Notes: generated by a model not told the origin, from the sequence alone. Counted from the first letter of the stretch, positions 29,401 to 38,029 are shown. The stretch is 64,000 bases of DNA from Alphaproteobacteria bacterium (GCA_017444525.1 JAFSWL010000044.1:25499-89498), one strand, 5' to 3'. A program made the numbers and translations.

Positions 29401-30718
29401 CCCGTCGCCGAGCAGCTTTAACGGTTATAAAATAGACGTTGACAGCTTTACCGATCCGACCAACCAAGATTATATCACATACGAAGGGAAGAATTATGAC
29501 TTGGATGACCTCAATAATATGAGAGATGAGAATGGAAATGTTGTTTCCTTGCCGGATAGCGTTAAGCAAAATATGGGACAATCGGTGCAGTTATATAACA
29601 CTTATATCAATAGTGAATCTGCCGGTATACGCGATATGCGCCGCGCCAATCCGTCTTATAAAACCGGTGTCCACATGACCGGCGGGGAAGAATGCTTTAA
29701 TTGGGGGGCTGACGGCGAATGCTTGGATAGTAATCACTACGGATATAAGATGGAAATGCACGTCGCTGAAGCCGGAGACATTGATAAAAACAGAAATGAA
29801 AATAAGGTTCATGATTCCCATGATTCAACCATGGGGCAAACCAATGTAATTAATGTACCGGCATCTTCTTCCTCAGTCTGGAGCTCATATAAGGAAGACG
29901 GTTACGGCGATAAAGGAGGTACGGTTTACCATAGCGGCAATACGAATGCCAGCGGCAAATATAAAGCCAATATCGTTAAAGATAAAGTAACCCTTTCGAT
30001 AATGGACAGAGATGAAGACGGTAATGTGTTATGGACCGACCATGCTGTAACCAATGAAATTGATATGTCGGATACCCGCTTATTGGTAGATCGTATCAAA
30101 AACGTCTCCTTTGAAGATAGAGACGGGGCTCCGACGTATGTACTTACTTCCGGCAATGCCGATGCATTTGCACCGATTACTTTCCAAAAGAGTACGTGGT
30201 TGAAAACGGCAGCTATTCCGGTAGCTAAAACGACAGTTAGCGACACGCAACGTCAAAGTGCTTACGCTTCCGGTTGGGCAATTTTAATGGGCTTTTTATA
30301 TCCGCAACATGGTTATCGCAATGTGTTGAATACATTGGGATTTGACGTTGCCAATAGTTATCAAACTTATCCAATGTATGAGGATGATGGTGAAAACTAT
30401 ATTGGCGGATTTAACAGTAGAAAAGCGAAGGAGCGTAATTTTAGAGTCAGCCCTAGCAGTCCTAAAGACGATTATTTCTTCTGGAATATATTTCCGGTTG
30501 AACAAGAGAGCTTGGAAGCATTTATTACCACTTATTGCTACTTTGACCAAGATAATAAGGCATTCAAACAGTTTAACAGCAGTGAGGAGGTTAAAGATCA
30601 CTTGCCGATGATTGATTATATTACAACGTTCCCGAGCGGTTATGAACCGGAAGGACATAATAAGAATTATCGTAAACTGTTGAACGACCCGTCAATGAAG
30701 TATAACGAATTGTGGTAA
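26495..30718 (+). CDS. Giant (1407 aa) protein with a prepilin-type N-terminal signal and pilin-like N-terminal domain
   Basis: AAGGAG RBS. N-terminus MKKFNNKSVLERG|GLMIEALAMLGLIAVVTP has a short basic leader, Gly, Glu at +5 and a hydrophobic helix. This is the same G-x-x-M-I-E pattern as the 184-aa pilin at 41243..41797. A ~1170-aa Gly/Asn/Asp/Thr-rich extension follows. Confidence 0.8.
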   Translation: MKKFNNKSVLERGGLMIEALAMLGLIAVVTPTMYKKSAERTMEVEDINTATSMRTIMGAAESYMSSNYNDIMKVMEEDTSHQHTISGRKIGVMDIPMADLTPYLPYKFNEEGELYNYKSPKIRIVRAGDNLTAFALFPAKVDGEHGIGQERTVRIASLIGANGGYISSKENEAKQARGVGGVWNLDGDYYSAVFNGVETDNQNQYSLVTSSSNVVNGANAMAESDPTQFVQRTKQEGSGWRNAMRTDLYMGSGPDSAQDPDDREHQDDFFSIYNVNEMIIGADRDAKQELLKAVRNEPETAFSADPSSYGLYVAGSGSRGEGAGNAYIKGTLIAAGNRLWAGNETLKYTGTNLEFDGTNFKIGKNQTDASKDADNYVMSGHAEKGKSTLDIMGDKINVAEAGDIGNYKPKNDVQKKANVVVHTTNKDTHTTGTVNPPAYSADSKAPDFGVDIDGNMVVEGVLAAGQLDVNNIRTANISVGSENIDDEYKWMDVDKNGVHVHQPASGAYKGTQIEARDKLITMRVGSDNAIDKNTDSNGVEADNAAQIIMDGADAANGSIIQKVKGTNGKIALANDNLGINIKNRAITIGNTDAAGTTKDDATQYFVGFGKGGNIHMTNSNLKISDANNNALFTVRGLEDSKEDQGIVDNTTRNSSPYNIAAHGNILFTDGLNNGNSRARYLAMSNNGDGFAAVNIIKGDADGTINTAGTGVVYIDMDTGSESASMQAVSGTDYQIKDAGGTVRRNVQGGSIYIRKGLIDVVPDKNNIGQVAKTRNNTTGELTGVTVTGGNDTADQGRGVIRASRFVANNITTEGNPVKVPAFFTQAKLEEYSGSGTNRYDTYMVNPAYTSVMNDIKLVSRGGARLSDILPTFITKGIYTAKNNYSELAFHGDTSGSGSSGHGVSLEPSNLFLKADGTLNIYQPRTGYTSDPASPIIGVVPAPQCPPGYARMITVTPASIRMAEAGRFRNPSPSSFNGYKIDVDSFTDPTNQDYITYEGKNYDLDDLNNMRDENGNVVSLPDSVKQNMGQSVQLYNTYINSESAGIRDMRRANPSYKTGVHMTGGEECFNWGADGECLDSNHYGYKMEMHVAEAGDIDKNRNENKVHDSHDSTMGQTNVINVPASSSSVWSSYKEDGYGDKGGTVYHSGNTNASGKYKANIVKDKVTLSIMDRDEDGNVLWTDHAVTNEIDMSDTRLLVDRIKNVSFEDRDGAPTYVLTSGNADAFAPITFQKSTWLKTAAIPVAKTTVSDTQRQSAYASGWAILMGFLYPQHGYRNVLNTLGFDVANSYQTYPMYEDDGENYIGGFNSRKAKERNFRVSPSSPKDDYFFWNIFPVEQESLEAFITTYCYFDQDNKAFKQFNSSEEVKDHLPMIDYITTFPSGYEPEGHNKNYRKLLNDPSMKYNELW

Positions 30719-30735
30719 TCGTTTGAACCTGAAAA

Positions 30736-30768
30736 ACACCGACGGGAAATCCGCCGGTGTTTTTCTTT
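30736..30768 (+). terminator. Rho-independent terminator of the giant pilin-like gene
   Basis: ACACCGACGG-gaaat-CCGCCGGTGT followed by TTTTTCTTT. Confidence 0.8.
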
Positions 30769-30770
30769 GA

Positions 30771-31240
30771 TATTACCGTCATCGCTCGTGTGGAGTGCTG
30801 TATATAATATTATCGCCATCGCTCGTTCGGCATAGTTTATTATAATACTGTCATACCTCAATAATATATTATTGTCATCGCTCGTTCGGCGCAAGTCCGA
30901 ACGTCAAGCGATCTTCCGTATTGTTCTTCCCCTTACGAGGAAGAGGAATGAGGGGATAATATACTTCCTTACTCAATGCACTTTCCTTGAAGAATATTAA
31001 AAAATGATTTGAAGATCCATTGACCTCACTTAGTTCGGAGGGATGACCATTTGGTTTTATAACAAAAACGTCATGCCTCGATTCCGACAGGAATCGTCCA
31101 GGCATCTTCCGATTTAAAAAACAATGATTCGAAGATGACTTTATTATTTTGACGCATTCGCTTACGGCTCAGCGAGGGATAACTTTATATTTTAATACAT
31201 TCGCCTACGGCAAAGCAAAGGATGATCATTTGCTTTTAAA
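30771..31240. repeat. ~470-bp non-coding tract of degenerate hairpin-forming GTCAT-type short repeats in both orientations
   Basis: Three direct copies of TATTAyyGyCATCGCTCGT at 30771, 30808 and 30868. Hairpins at 30877..30912 (ATCGCTCGTTCGG/CCGAACG..AGCGAT) and 31068..31105 (ATGCCTCGATTCC/GGAATCG..AGGCAT). Paired copies CATTCGCTTACGGC / CATTCGCCTACGGC occur near 31153 and 31197. An inverted GTCATCCCTCCGAAC copy lies near 31030. Confidence 0.7.
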
Positions 31241-31281
31241 ATGCGAACAGCACCTTCCCGATTAAGGAAAAGGTGCTGTTC
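31236..31281 (-). terminator. Rho-independent terminator downstream of the beta-barrel-like gene
   Basis: Perfect 12-bp stem GAACAGCACCTT (31245..31256) / AAGGTGCTGTTC (31270..31281), with a T-rich tail on the minus strand. Confidence 0.75.
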
Positions 31282-31298
31282 TTATAGTAAAACGTTTA

Positions 31299-32162
31299 TC
31301 ACTTACTTGGAGACTGGTATGGACGCATGTCATTACGCATGTTCCACACGTCAGCTTTTGTATACCCTCTAGCATCCATTGCCTGAGTATTATACGAAGC
31401 ATGGCGCATGATACGGATGCGTACGCCAGCGTAAATACCACCCTGTCCGAACACCTTGTTGGTATTCAGAACGATGTTCTGCTGAACGCCATAGTGGACG
31501 CCAGCGAACACGCTGACGGGACTAAACTTGAAGTTATGGAAAAACTCCAAAAACCCGTACACTCCACTGGTAAACTCGCGGATATCGAGATCCGATGTTG
31601 TCTTAGTGGTTGTCGTAGTTATTCCATCAGGCGTTGTCTCCTTCCCAGTCCATGTCGCCTTTTCCTGGTCAAGGAATGACGATAGCTGGAAGGTATAGGC
31701 AGCTCCCAGTTTAATACCTGAGTGGTGGTTGTTCCACTGCAGGATTTTACCTGAGATGCGCAGCTCCGTCTGGAACTGCAAAAATGCGTTCTGCCTGTCG
31801 CTCTCCGCGTCTTCTACGGCCTTACGGATGACCTCGCGGACATCCGCAGTCCAAACACGTCCCTCATAACCAAAGGACGCACCACCACCATACGTGGTGT
31901 TTCCGGCGAAGGTTCCGACATCTCCGTGAAAATCCAGATACCAACCGTGGTTGTCCACGTCGTAATATATTGTCGGTTCGAGGTTGTTACCCTCGAACTT
32001 TTTAATTTCGTCACGGTGCGGCCCCTTGTGGCGGAGCTCGTGATGGTAGTTATACTTCACCGACTCCGATACAGGAGCGAACTCCATATCGGAAATCTCA
32101 ACCTGAGCATTTGCGCTCATTACCATTACCATCATTGCGGCGGCTGCCATATATCTTTTCAT
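31299..32162 (-). CDS. Secreted protein, putative outer-membrane beta-barrel (287 aa)
   Basis: Signal peptide MKRYMAAAAMMVMVMSANAQ. Alternating Gly/aromatic segments (GASFGYEGRVW, KLGAAYTFQL, GVYGFLEFF, VFAGVHYGV, GIYAGVRIRI). No SD; the A-rich leader shares the ACAWTCAAAAAAA motif. The beta-barrel call is tentative. Confidence 0.65.
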   Translation of the reverse strand: MKRYMAAAAMMVMVMSANAQVEISDMEFAPVSESVKYNYHHELRHKGPHRDEIKKFEGNNLEPTIYYDVDNHGWYLDFHGDVGTFAGNTTYGGGASFGYEGRVWTADVREVIRKAVEDAESDRQNAFLQFQTELRISGKILQWNNHHSGIKLGAAYTFQLSSFLDQEKATWTGKETTPDGITTTTTKTTSDLDIREFTSGVYGFLEFFHNFKFSPVSVFAGVHYGVQQNIVLNTNKVFGQGGIYAGVRIRIMRHASYNTQAMDARGYTKADVWNMRNDMRPYQSPSK

Positions 32163-32401
32163 ATTTTTTTTGTTTTTTTGATTGTGAATAAATTTGTTGG
32201 TTTCCCTCGGGGTGCGTCTTGCAATCATCATACGGCACAGCCGCTCTATCCCTCACACGCCGCGCTGCGGAATGCTTGGCAATAATCATGATTGATGCAA
32301 AGAACGCCCCTCGAGGTGCCAAACTTAAAAAAAATTACATATCCATGGGGAGGAAATCGCACGGACACGTCCGCACACTATCGACCCCATGCGGGGAAGA
32401 G

Positions 32402-34696
32402 TTATTTCCAAGAACCCATGTAGGTACCAGGGTAGGTGTCTGTAGCCGTAAGACGACCATCGGATACCTGCAGATTATACCTAGAGGTAGAAGTAGAACA
32501 ATGACCATTTACGAAATGACCTTCGTCCCAATTCTGAGACTTGGCGTTCTTATAGTCCTTGTTAGCCTTCTCTTTACCATCCCTAGACCAAGTCATCTGA
32601 GAGACCTGATCTGAAGCAATAGTGTTAATCCATACGTTCTCAGCTTCCTGATAGGTTGCTGAGTTGAAGTCGTGATTCGAGGTGTACTCGAAGTACTCAA
32701 ATGCCCAGCTAGGCACTCTTGCACCTGACTTCACAACTACTGGAAGAACACCCTTCTCGAAATGGAGAGACCAGATATACACAAAGCCATCGTGGCTCAT
32801 GTTGTTTGATACGGTCTGCTTTACTTCGAGAAGATCGCCCCACTCACGGGGGAAGAATCTCTCCTCCTCTGGTATCGGAGCAGCGGACTTCACCTTAATG
32901 GTGCCGTTGCCGGTAGAGGACTTGACACTACTTCCCCAGACGTACTTCAATACGTCCGAGTAGGGATAGTTAGTATAGTTTCCTTCAGTTACCCCGTTGC
33001 CGAGGTTGTCAGTATTGCTTACATTGAGGGTATTAGCCTCAAAACTGAAGGTCTTATCACGGTATGTGCAAGAGAAATTTGTAGGCTCCACTGAGCTCCA
33101 CTTATTCTCCTGCTGGCTACCATTAAGGGTAGCGATACTAACCAAGCTACGAGTCTCGCGACTCCACTTAGCCTCAGCCCCTTCGAGTGTCTTAGATACA
33201 GGCTCAGTTGAGGTTACAGTAACATTTACCCCACTGGTGGAGTATTTGTTATTCAGTTCCTCACTGCTCCATGCACCAAGATTTCTCAGAATGCGAGAGT
33301 CTGAGAAATCAAACTTTACTCTCTCCTGCCCTCCATCTGAGTAGTTGATGACATACTCAAGATGCCAGTTGACCTTATCATCAGATAGGGTCTCTGTACA
33401 CTTAGATTTGTCCCAACCCTCGCTCGTGACGTGGGCATTCTCCTTGAGAAGCACAACAGACTCCGAAGCATCCTGGGCATAGCCGAGGTAGCTTGTGGAG
33501 ATGCTATTATGCAGTCTCTTAGCGGTGTAACCGCCGCGTGGAGAATTAATGTCTTCCTCGTAAGTATTTCTCTCACGGGGATTCCAGTTTTCAAAATCAA
33601 AGGTATGCTTGAGACCGAACTTGGTGTTAGCAAATTCGGCTTTCTCATGATACAAACCATAAGACGTGTTAACCGGAGCGACATTATTCGAGAGGACTCC
33701 GCTGAAAGTATCGGTGCGACCCGACACAGTCCAGTTCTCGTCCTTGCTCACCTGAGAGATACCTCCTATAGACAAGGGGTTGTCAGACAACCAGTTGTAA
33801 CCAAACGCGGTCACAACCTTCTCATACTCGTCGATCGTTTCGATGCGGCGGTTGAGAACCTTACTATAGGTCTGCTCGTGCTTCGAGCCGTCCTTCTTCG
33901 TCCATTCGATGACGATATCGCACCTTTCGGTGGTCTCGTCAAGTGGATTACGATCATAACTCAGGATCTTGCCAGAGACGATGTCATTCTCCTCGAGCTG
34001 GTATACACGTATTGTATCGCCCAATGTAACTGGGAACACGACATTCTTGTCGTAGTTCTCAATTTTACACTGAGCCTTCCATACGAAACCTCTGCACACA
34101 GAATCGGTGATAACCATCTCACCGCGGGTACCGTACTTGGTGGTACCGGGGAGCTGGTTAATAGCCTCTAAGTAAGGCTCACCTATTTTGACGTAGGGAG
34201 CATCGTAATTCTTACCATTGATAGTGCGCACGATGCGCTCCATCTTGCGCTGGCAGTAAACGATATTTCCGTCCTCTACGTCAGAGGTCGTCTTACCAGA
34301 GTCCTCATAGACCTTGCGGTCGTCAGAGGAAGACTTCGTCGAAGTCTGCATTGCTCCGTGTGATGTGCGCTCCTGCGAGTAAGCAAGAGAGACTGTCTTT
34401 GGACCAGCATACTTGTCGTTCTGGTGCCAACAAGAAATGTTGGCACGACCAGTATCACTGATCTTGTTGTTGCCGTCTTTGACTGTATATTCGATATCAA
34501 CGTCGGCGGTTCCGTCGTTGATAATAATATACGTGACATCCCAATCGGGAGTGTCATCCACCGGCACAACCGGCTCTGAATCTTTCTCGGATGTAGTTGA
34601 CATGTTGTTTGTCAACTTCTCGCACGAAGCGAGACCGAAACATACTACCATGGCCAGCAAGAACATGCCAGCGAGGTTCATAAAACTCTTTCCCAT
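32402..34696 (-). CDS. Modular lipoprotein (764 aa), the single-module paralog of the giant lipoprotein at 13225..17709
   Basis: MGKSFMNLAGMFLLAMVVCFGLASC has a lipobox. Blocks ETTERCDIVIEWTKKDG, ENWTVSGRTDTFSG, one AWSSEELN module and the C-terminal FVYIWSLHFEKGVLPVVV align with ETDERCKFDKIITWKSG, GKWTVWRKTDTYSA, the TDWSSNE modules and WLYVVSIHFENGTLPLLI of the 1494-aa protein. Confidence 0.85.
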   Translation of the reverse strand: MGKSFMNLAGMFLLAMVVCFGLASCEKLTNNMSTTSEKDSEPVVPVDDTPDWDVTYIIINDGTADVDIEYTVKDGNNKISDTGRANISCWHQNDKYAGPKTVSLAYSQERTSHGAMQTSTKSSSDDRKVYEDSGKTTSDVEDGNIVYCQRKMERIVRTINGKNYDAPYVKIGEPYLEAINQLPGTTKYGTRGEMVITDSVCRGFVWKAQCKIENYDKNVVFPVTLGDTIRVYQLEENDIVSGKILSYDRNPLDETTERCDIVIEWTKKDGSKHEQTYSKVLNRRIETIDEYEKVVTAFGYNWLSDNPLSIGGISQVSKDENWTVSGRTDTFSGVLSNNVAPVNTSYGLYHEKAEFANTKFGLKHTFDFENWNPRERNTYEEDINSPRGGYTAKRLHNSISTSYLGYAQDASESVVLLKENAHVTSEGWDKSKCTETLSDDKVNWHLEYVINYSDGGQERVKFDFSDSRILRNLGAWSSEELNNKYSTSGVNVTVTSTEPVSKTLEGAEAKWSRETRSLVSIATLNGSQQENKWSSVEPTNFSCTYRDKTFSFEANTLNVSNTDNLGNGVTEGNYTNYPYSDVLKYVWGSSVKSSTGNGTIKVKSAAPIPEEERFFPREWGDLLEVKQTVSNNMSHDGFVYIWSLHFEKGVLPVVVKSGARVPSWAFEYFEYTSNHDFNSATYQEAENVWINTIASDQVSQMTWSRDGKEKANKDYKNAKSQNWDEGHFVNGHCSTSTSRYNLQVSDGRLTATDTYPGTYMGSWK

Positions 34697-34778
34697 ATAA
34701 TGTGATTTTTTTGAATGTAATTTTTTTCTTTTTAAACGGTTCATCTCGCTTATGAAAATCCTCAACTCGTGAAAATCT

Positions 34779-34800
34779 TCATCGCCATCGCTTTGGCGGG
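34779..34800 (+). repeat. Isolated copy of the ATCGCCATCGCT repeat core, upstream of the 764-aa lipoprotein gene
   Basis: The exact 12-mer ATCGCCATCGCT at 34781..34792 matches 30812..30823 in the repeat tract, in the same orientation. Confidence 0.6.
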
Positions 34801-35129
34801 AGAAATTTGTAATACGCTACAGCTGAAAACCATACTGCAACGCACAAGTCGCCCCACCATAATGATGACGAAGCGGTATATGATGAACTGTCTAATCAAA
34901 CAAAAAATCCAATGAAAACATTTTATCGTACAAGTGATAAAAACGTTTTCCCGAATAATTGTTATGATAATAGACAGTGATAATTCTTTTGCAATTATAA
35001 AGTTATCATAAATTTCAATGTTTTGCAACAAAAAAATGTATGTTTTTTGAAAAAATTGACAAATAATAAGAATATTACGTCAATACAAGATGTTAATGAT
35101 TAGTTAATTAATTTTGCAATTAAAATAAC

Positions 35130-36347
35130 TTACCGAATTAAATTAAGCAGTTCATCCCGTGTCAGATTGAAGTTGTTGTCAATCCACATTTGTTCAAGCC
35201 GGTTCAGAGTTTGACCGATTTTCCGATTGCCTTTGACTCCCTTATTTATTACATCACGACCACGAATTGGAAAAATCGGCACAACAGAATTTTCAATCTC
35301 TTGCAACAGATTAGTGACACTCTTACCCTCAAAACCGTAAATCGCCGCGCCGAGCAATATTTTATCAATACAAAATTGTTTGCCGTAACGATAAATAAAC
35401 TGCATTCGTGATTGCTGCGTCATAATATTTTCGGGATGTAAATCTATCTTAGCCCACTGCACAAAAGTTTCTTTTTGCTTTTTGGTAAATCTCAGTGTTC
35501 CTGCCATATTTTCGGCAGCTGCTGCTTTGGGCTGATACAAAACAAACAGCCGCCGCAAGAAATTTCCCTCATATTTATTGTCTGCCACCAAACAGCTTAA
35601 ACGCTCCAACGCATCTAAATGCCGCGATTTAGGCAAAAAATAGGCAAGAATGTCATTGTCATAAATAATCTTCATAGAGGCAGCCGCATTTGGAGTTACC
35701 AAAATTTTGAACAGCTCATCACGCACCCGCTCAATAGCAACCGAACGCAGGCTGTTTTTATGCTGAATACATGAGGCAAGCGAAGCCTTATCCATCGGCT
35801 TTTTACCGAATTTGGCATAAAAACGGAAAAAACGCAAAATACGCAGATAATCTTCTTCAATGCGCTCATCCGGATTTCCGATAAAGCGCACAATACCGGC
35901 TTTCAAGTCAGCTATGCCGTCATAATAATCAAAAACATTGCCGCGCAAATCGGCATAAACCGCATTAATCGTTAAATCGCGCCGCGCCGCATCGGCACTC
36001 CAATCATCAGTAAATTCAATTTCATATTTACCCGATTCATTTTTTACACTTCGACGCAAAGAGGCAACTTCCAGAATCTGGTCATCAATAACGACTCCGA
36101 TAGTAGCTTGTTTTAAACCTATCGGAACGGTCCTGAGCTCACGGCTTTGACATGCTTCAATCAGTTCATCGGGAGATAAGTCGGTAGCCAAATCCAAATC
36201 AAATCCGCTCAATCCGGCCAGCGTATCTCTCACCGCACCGCCGACAAAGCGAATAGTGCCGCCGCTGCTTTCAACCGCCTCAAACAGACGCCCGATTTTG
36301 GCTGATTTTACGATTTTTGACATATCCAGATAATCAGGTATGAACAT
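35130..36347 (-). CDS. cca: CCA-adding tRNA nucleotidyltransferase / poly(A) polymerase family
   Basis: RFVGGAVRDTLAG...DLDLATD...RRDLTINA matches the class II nucleotidyltransferase head-domain motifs. Confidence 0.88.
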   Translation of the reverse strand: MFIPDYLDMSKIVKSAKIGRLFEAVESSGGTIRFVGGAVRDTLAGLSGFDLDLATDLSPDELIEACQSRELRTVPIGLKQATIGVVIDDQILEVASLRRSVKNESGKYEIEFTDDWSADAARRDLTINAVYADLRGNVFDYYDGIADLKAGIVRFIGNPDERIEEDYLRILRFFRFYAKFGKKPMDKASLASCIQHKNSLRSVAIERVRDELFKILVTPNAAASMKIIYDNDILAYFLPKSRHLDALERLSCLVADNKYEGNFLRRLFVLYQPKAAAAENMAGTLRFTKKQKETFVQWAKIDLHPENIMTQQSRMQFIYRYGKQFCIDKILLGAAIYGFEGKSVTNLLQEIENSVVPIFPIRGRDVINKGVKGNRKIGQTLNRLEQMWIDNNFNLTRDELLNLIR

Positions 36348-36446
36348 AGCTCAAAAAAACCTCTTGTTATTTTGATGAAATTTTAATAGTTTATATACAC
36401 ATTTTTTATATAATCCAAGTGAATTTTAATAAAAAAGGATAAATAG

Positions 36447-36956
36447 ATGTTAAAATATTTTTTGGTACTCGGAAGTTTACTTATTTCGGCGGCGGCTCAG
36501 GCTGCCAATCAGCCGCAGCTTTTGGGGGAATATGGTGATTGGACCGCATGGACTTATAACGATCGCGGCAATGTTATTTGCTATATAGCATCAAGTCCGA
36601 AAAAAGATGAAGGAAAATATACTAAACGCGGCGATATTTATACGGTTGTAACCCATCGTCCGTCTGAAAAATCATTTGATGAAGTCAGCTTTGTTGCCGG
36701 ATATACCTATAATCCGAAAGCGGCATTGGTGGTGAAAATCGGTAATGGAGTTTTCCGTAATACATTTACCGAAGGCGATAAAGGATGGATGATTAATAAT
36801 GCCGAAGATCAGAAATTGGTCGCGGCAATGAAACGCGGCGAACGTATGATCGTTGATGGTCAATCAAGCCGCGGCACAGCTACCAAAGATACATATTCGC
36901 TTAAAGGTTTTACCAGCGCCTATCAGGCAATATCCGCTAAATGTAAGAAAAAATAA
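36447..36956 (+). CDS. Invasion-associated locus B (IalB) family periplasmic protein
   Basis: Signal peptide, then GEYGDWTAWTY...ICYIAS...VSFVAGYTY...GFTSAYQAI..KC, the IalB-family layout. Confidence 0.8.
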   Translation: MLKYFLVLGSLLISAAAQAANQPQLLGEYGDWTAWTYNDRGNVICYIASSPKKDEGKYTKRGDIYTVVTHRPSEKSFDEVSFVAGYTYNPKAALVVKIGNGVFRNTFTEGDKGWMINNAEDQKLVAAMKRGERMIVDGQSSRGTATKDTYSLKGFTSAYQAISAKCKKK

Positions 36957-36958
36957 AT

Positions 36959-38029
36959 ATGGCTAAAACAGAACTCATAGGACTGAGTAAAGAAGAATTG
37001 CAAAAGGCTTTGACCGATATCGGGGAAAAGCCTTTTCGTGCAAAACAGCTTTGGCAGTGGCTTTATTATTTTGGCGAAACCGATTTTGCAAAAATGAGTA
37101 ACCTTTCAAAAGTTCTGCGCACCAAGCTCGCCGAAAATTTTACCATTACCCGTCCTAAAATCGTAACCGAGCAACTGTCTTCGGATAAAACTCGTAAATG
37201 GTTGCTTGAATTTGCCGACGGGCAGCGTGTGGAAATGGTTTATATTCCGGAAGAAGACAGAGGCGCAGTATGTATTTCGACACAAGTCGGATGCGCAGTA
37301 GGGTGTCGATTTTGCCATACAGGCAGCCAGAAGCTTACTCGTAATTTAACCGCTGGAGAAATCGTCAGTCAGTTTATGGTGGCGCGCGATACATACGGCG
37401 AATGGCCGAGTCCCACCAACGAAACGCGCTATCTCTCCAATATAGTGGTTATGGGAATGGGGGAGCCGCTGCACAACATTGAAAATACCATTAAAGCTCT
37501 AAATATTTTAACCGACGGCGAGGGGATAGCCATATCACGCCGCCGTGTTACTATGTCTACTTCAGGTATTGCGCCTAACATCGTACGTGCGCTCAGAGAA
37601 ACCGGAGTGCGTTTGGCGGTGTCGCTGCATGCGCCGAACAATACTTTGCGTTCTGAGATTATGCCGATAAACAATCGTTATCCGTTGGAAGAAGTGCTTT
37701 CTGCTTGTCGGGAATATCAGGGTAACGATGGCAGCCGCTACATTACGTTTGAATATCTGATGCTTGACGGTGTCAACGACTCGTTTGAGTGTGCGCACGA
37801 GCTGATTGCTTTGATGAAGAAATATGACCTGCGAGCCAGTTTTAATCTGATTCCGTTTAATCCGTGGCCGGGATGTATCTTTAAGCCAAGCTCAAATAAT
37901 CGGGTTCATGCCTTTGCCCGCGAATTGGAAAAGGCCGGTTTTGCCGCACCAGTGCGCGTGGCACGCGGACAAGATATTTTAGCGGCTTGCGGCCAATTAA
38001 AATCCAAAAAAGAGCAAGAGACTAAATAA
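36959..38029 (+). CDS. rlmN: 23S rRNA (A2503-C2) / tRNA methyltransferase RlmN (radical SAM)
   Basis: FRAKQLWQWLY and CISTQVGCAVGCRFCHTG (CxxxCxxC) are typical RlmN sequence. Confidence 0.95.
   Translation: MAKTELIGLSKEELQKALTDIGEKPFRAKQLWQWLYYFGETDFAKMSNLSKVLRTKLAENFTITRPKIVTEQLSSDKTRKWLLEFADGQRVEMVYIPEEDRGAVCISTQVGCAVGCRFCHTGSQKLTRNLTAGEIVSQFMVARDTYGEWPSPTNETRYLSNIVVMGMGEPLHNIENTIKALNILTDGEGIAISRRRVTMSTSGIAPNIVRALRETGVRLAVSLHAPNNTLRSEIMPINNRYPLEEVLSACREYQGNDGSRYITFEYLMLDGVNDSFECAHELIALMKKYDLRASFNLIPFNPWPGCIFKPSSNNRVHAFARELEKAGFAAPVRVARGQDILAACGQLKSKKEQETK

Noticed and set aside
30771-30890. CRISPR-like appearance of three direct repeats
   Set aside because: The copies are only ~20 nt long and imperfect. 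Spacing is irregular (37 and 60 nt). The repeats continue as inverted and unrelated hairpin modules, and there are no cas genes.
30667-31105. ORFs 30667..30894 and 30875..31105, plus 55764..55961 and 34762..35031
   Set aside because: They translate the hairpin-repeat tracts or AT-rich leader DNA, overlap terminators and have no RBS. I treat them as non-coding.
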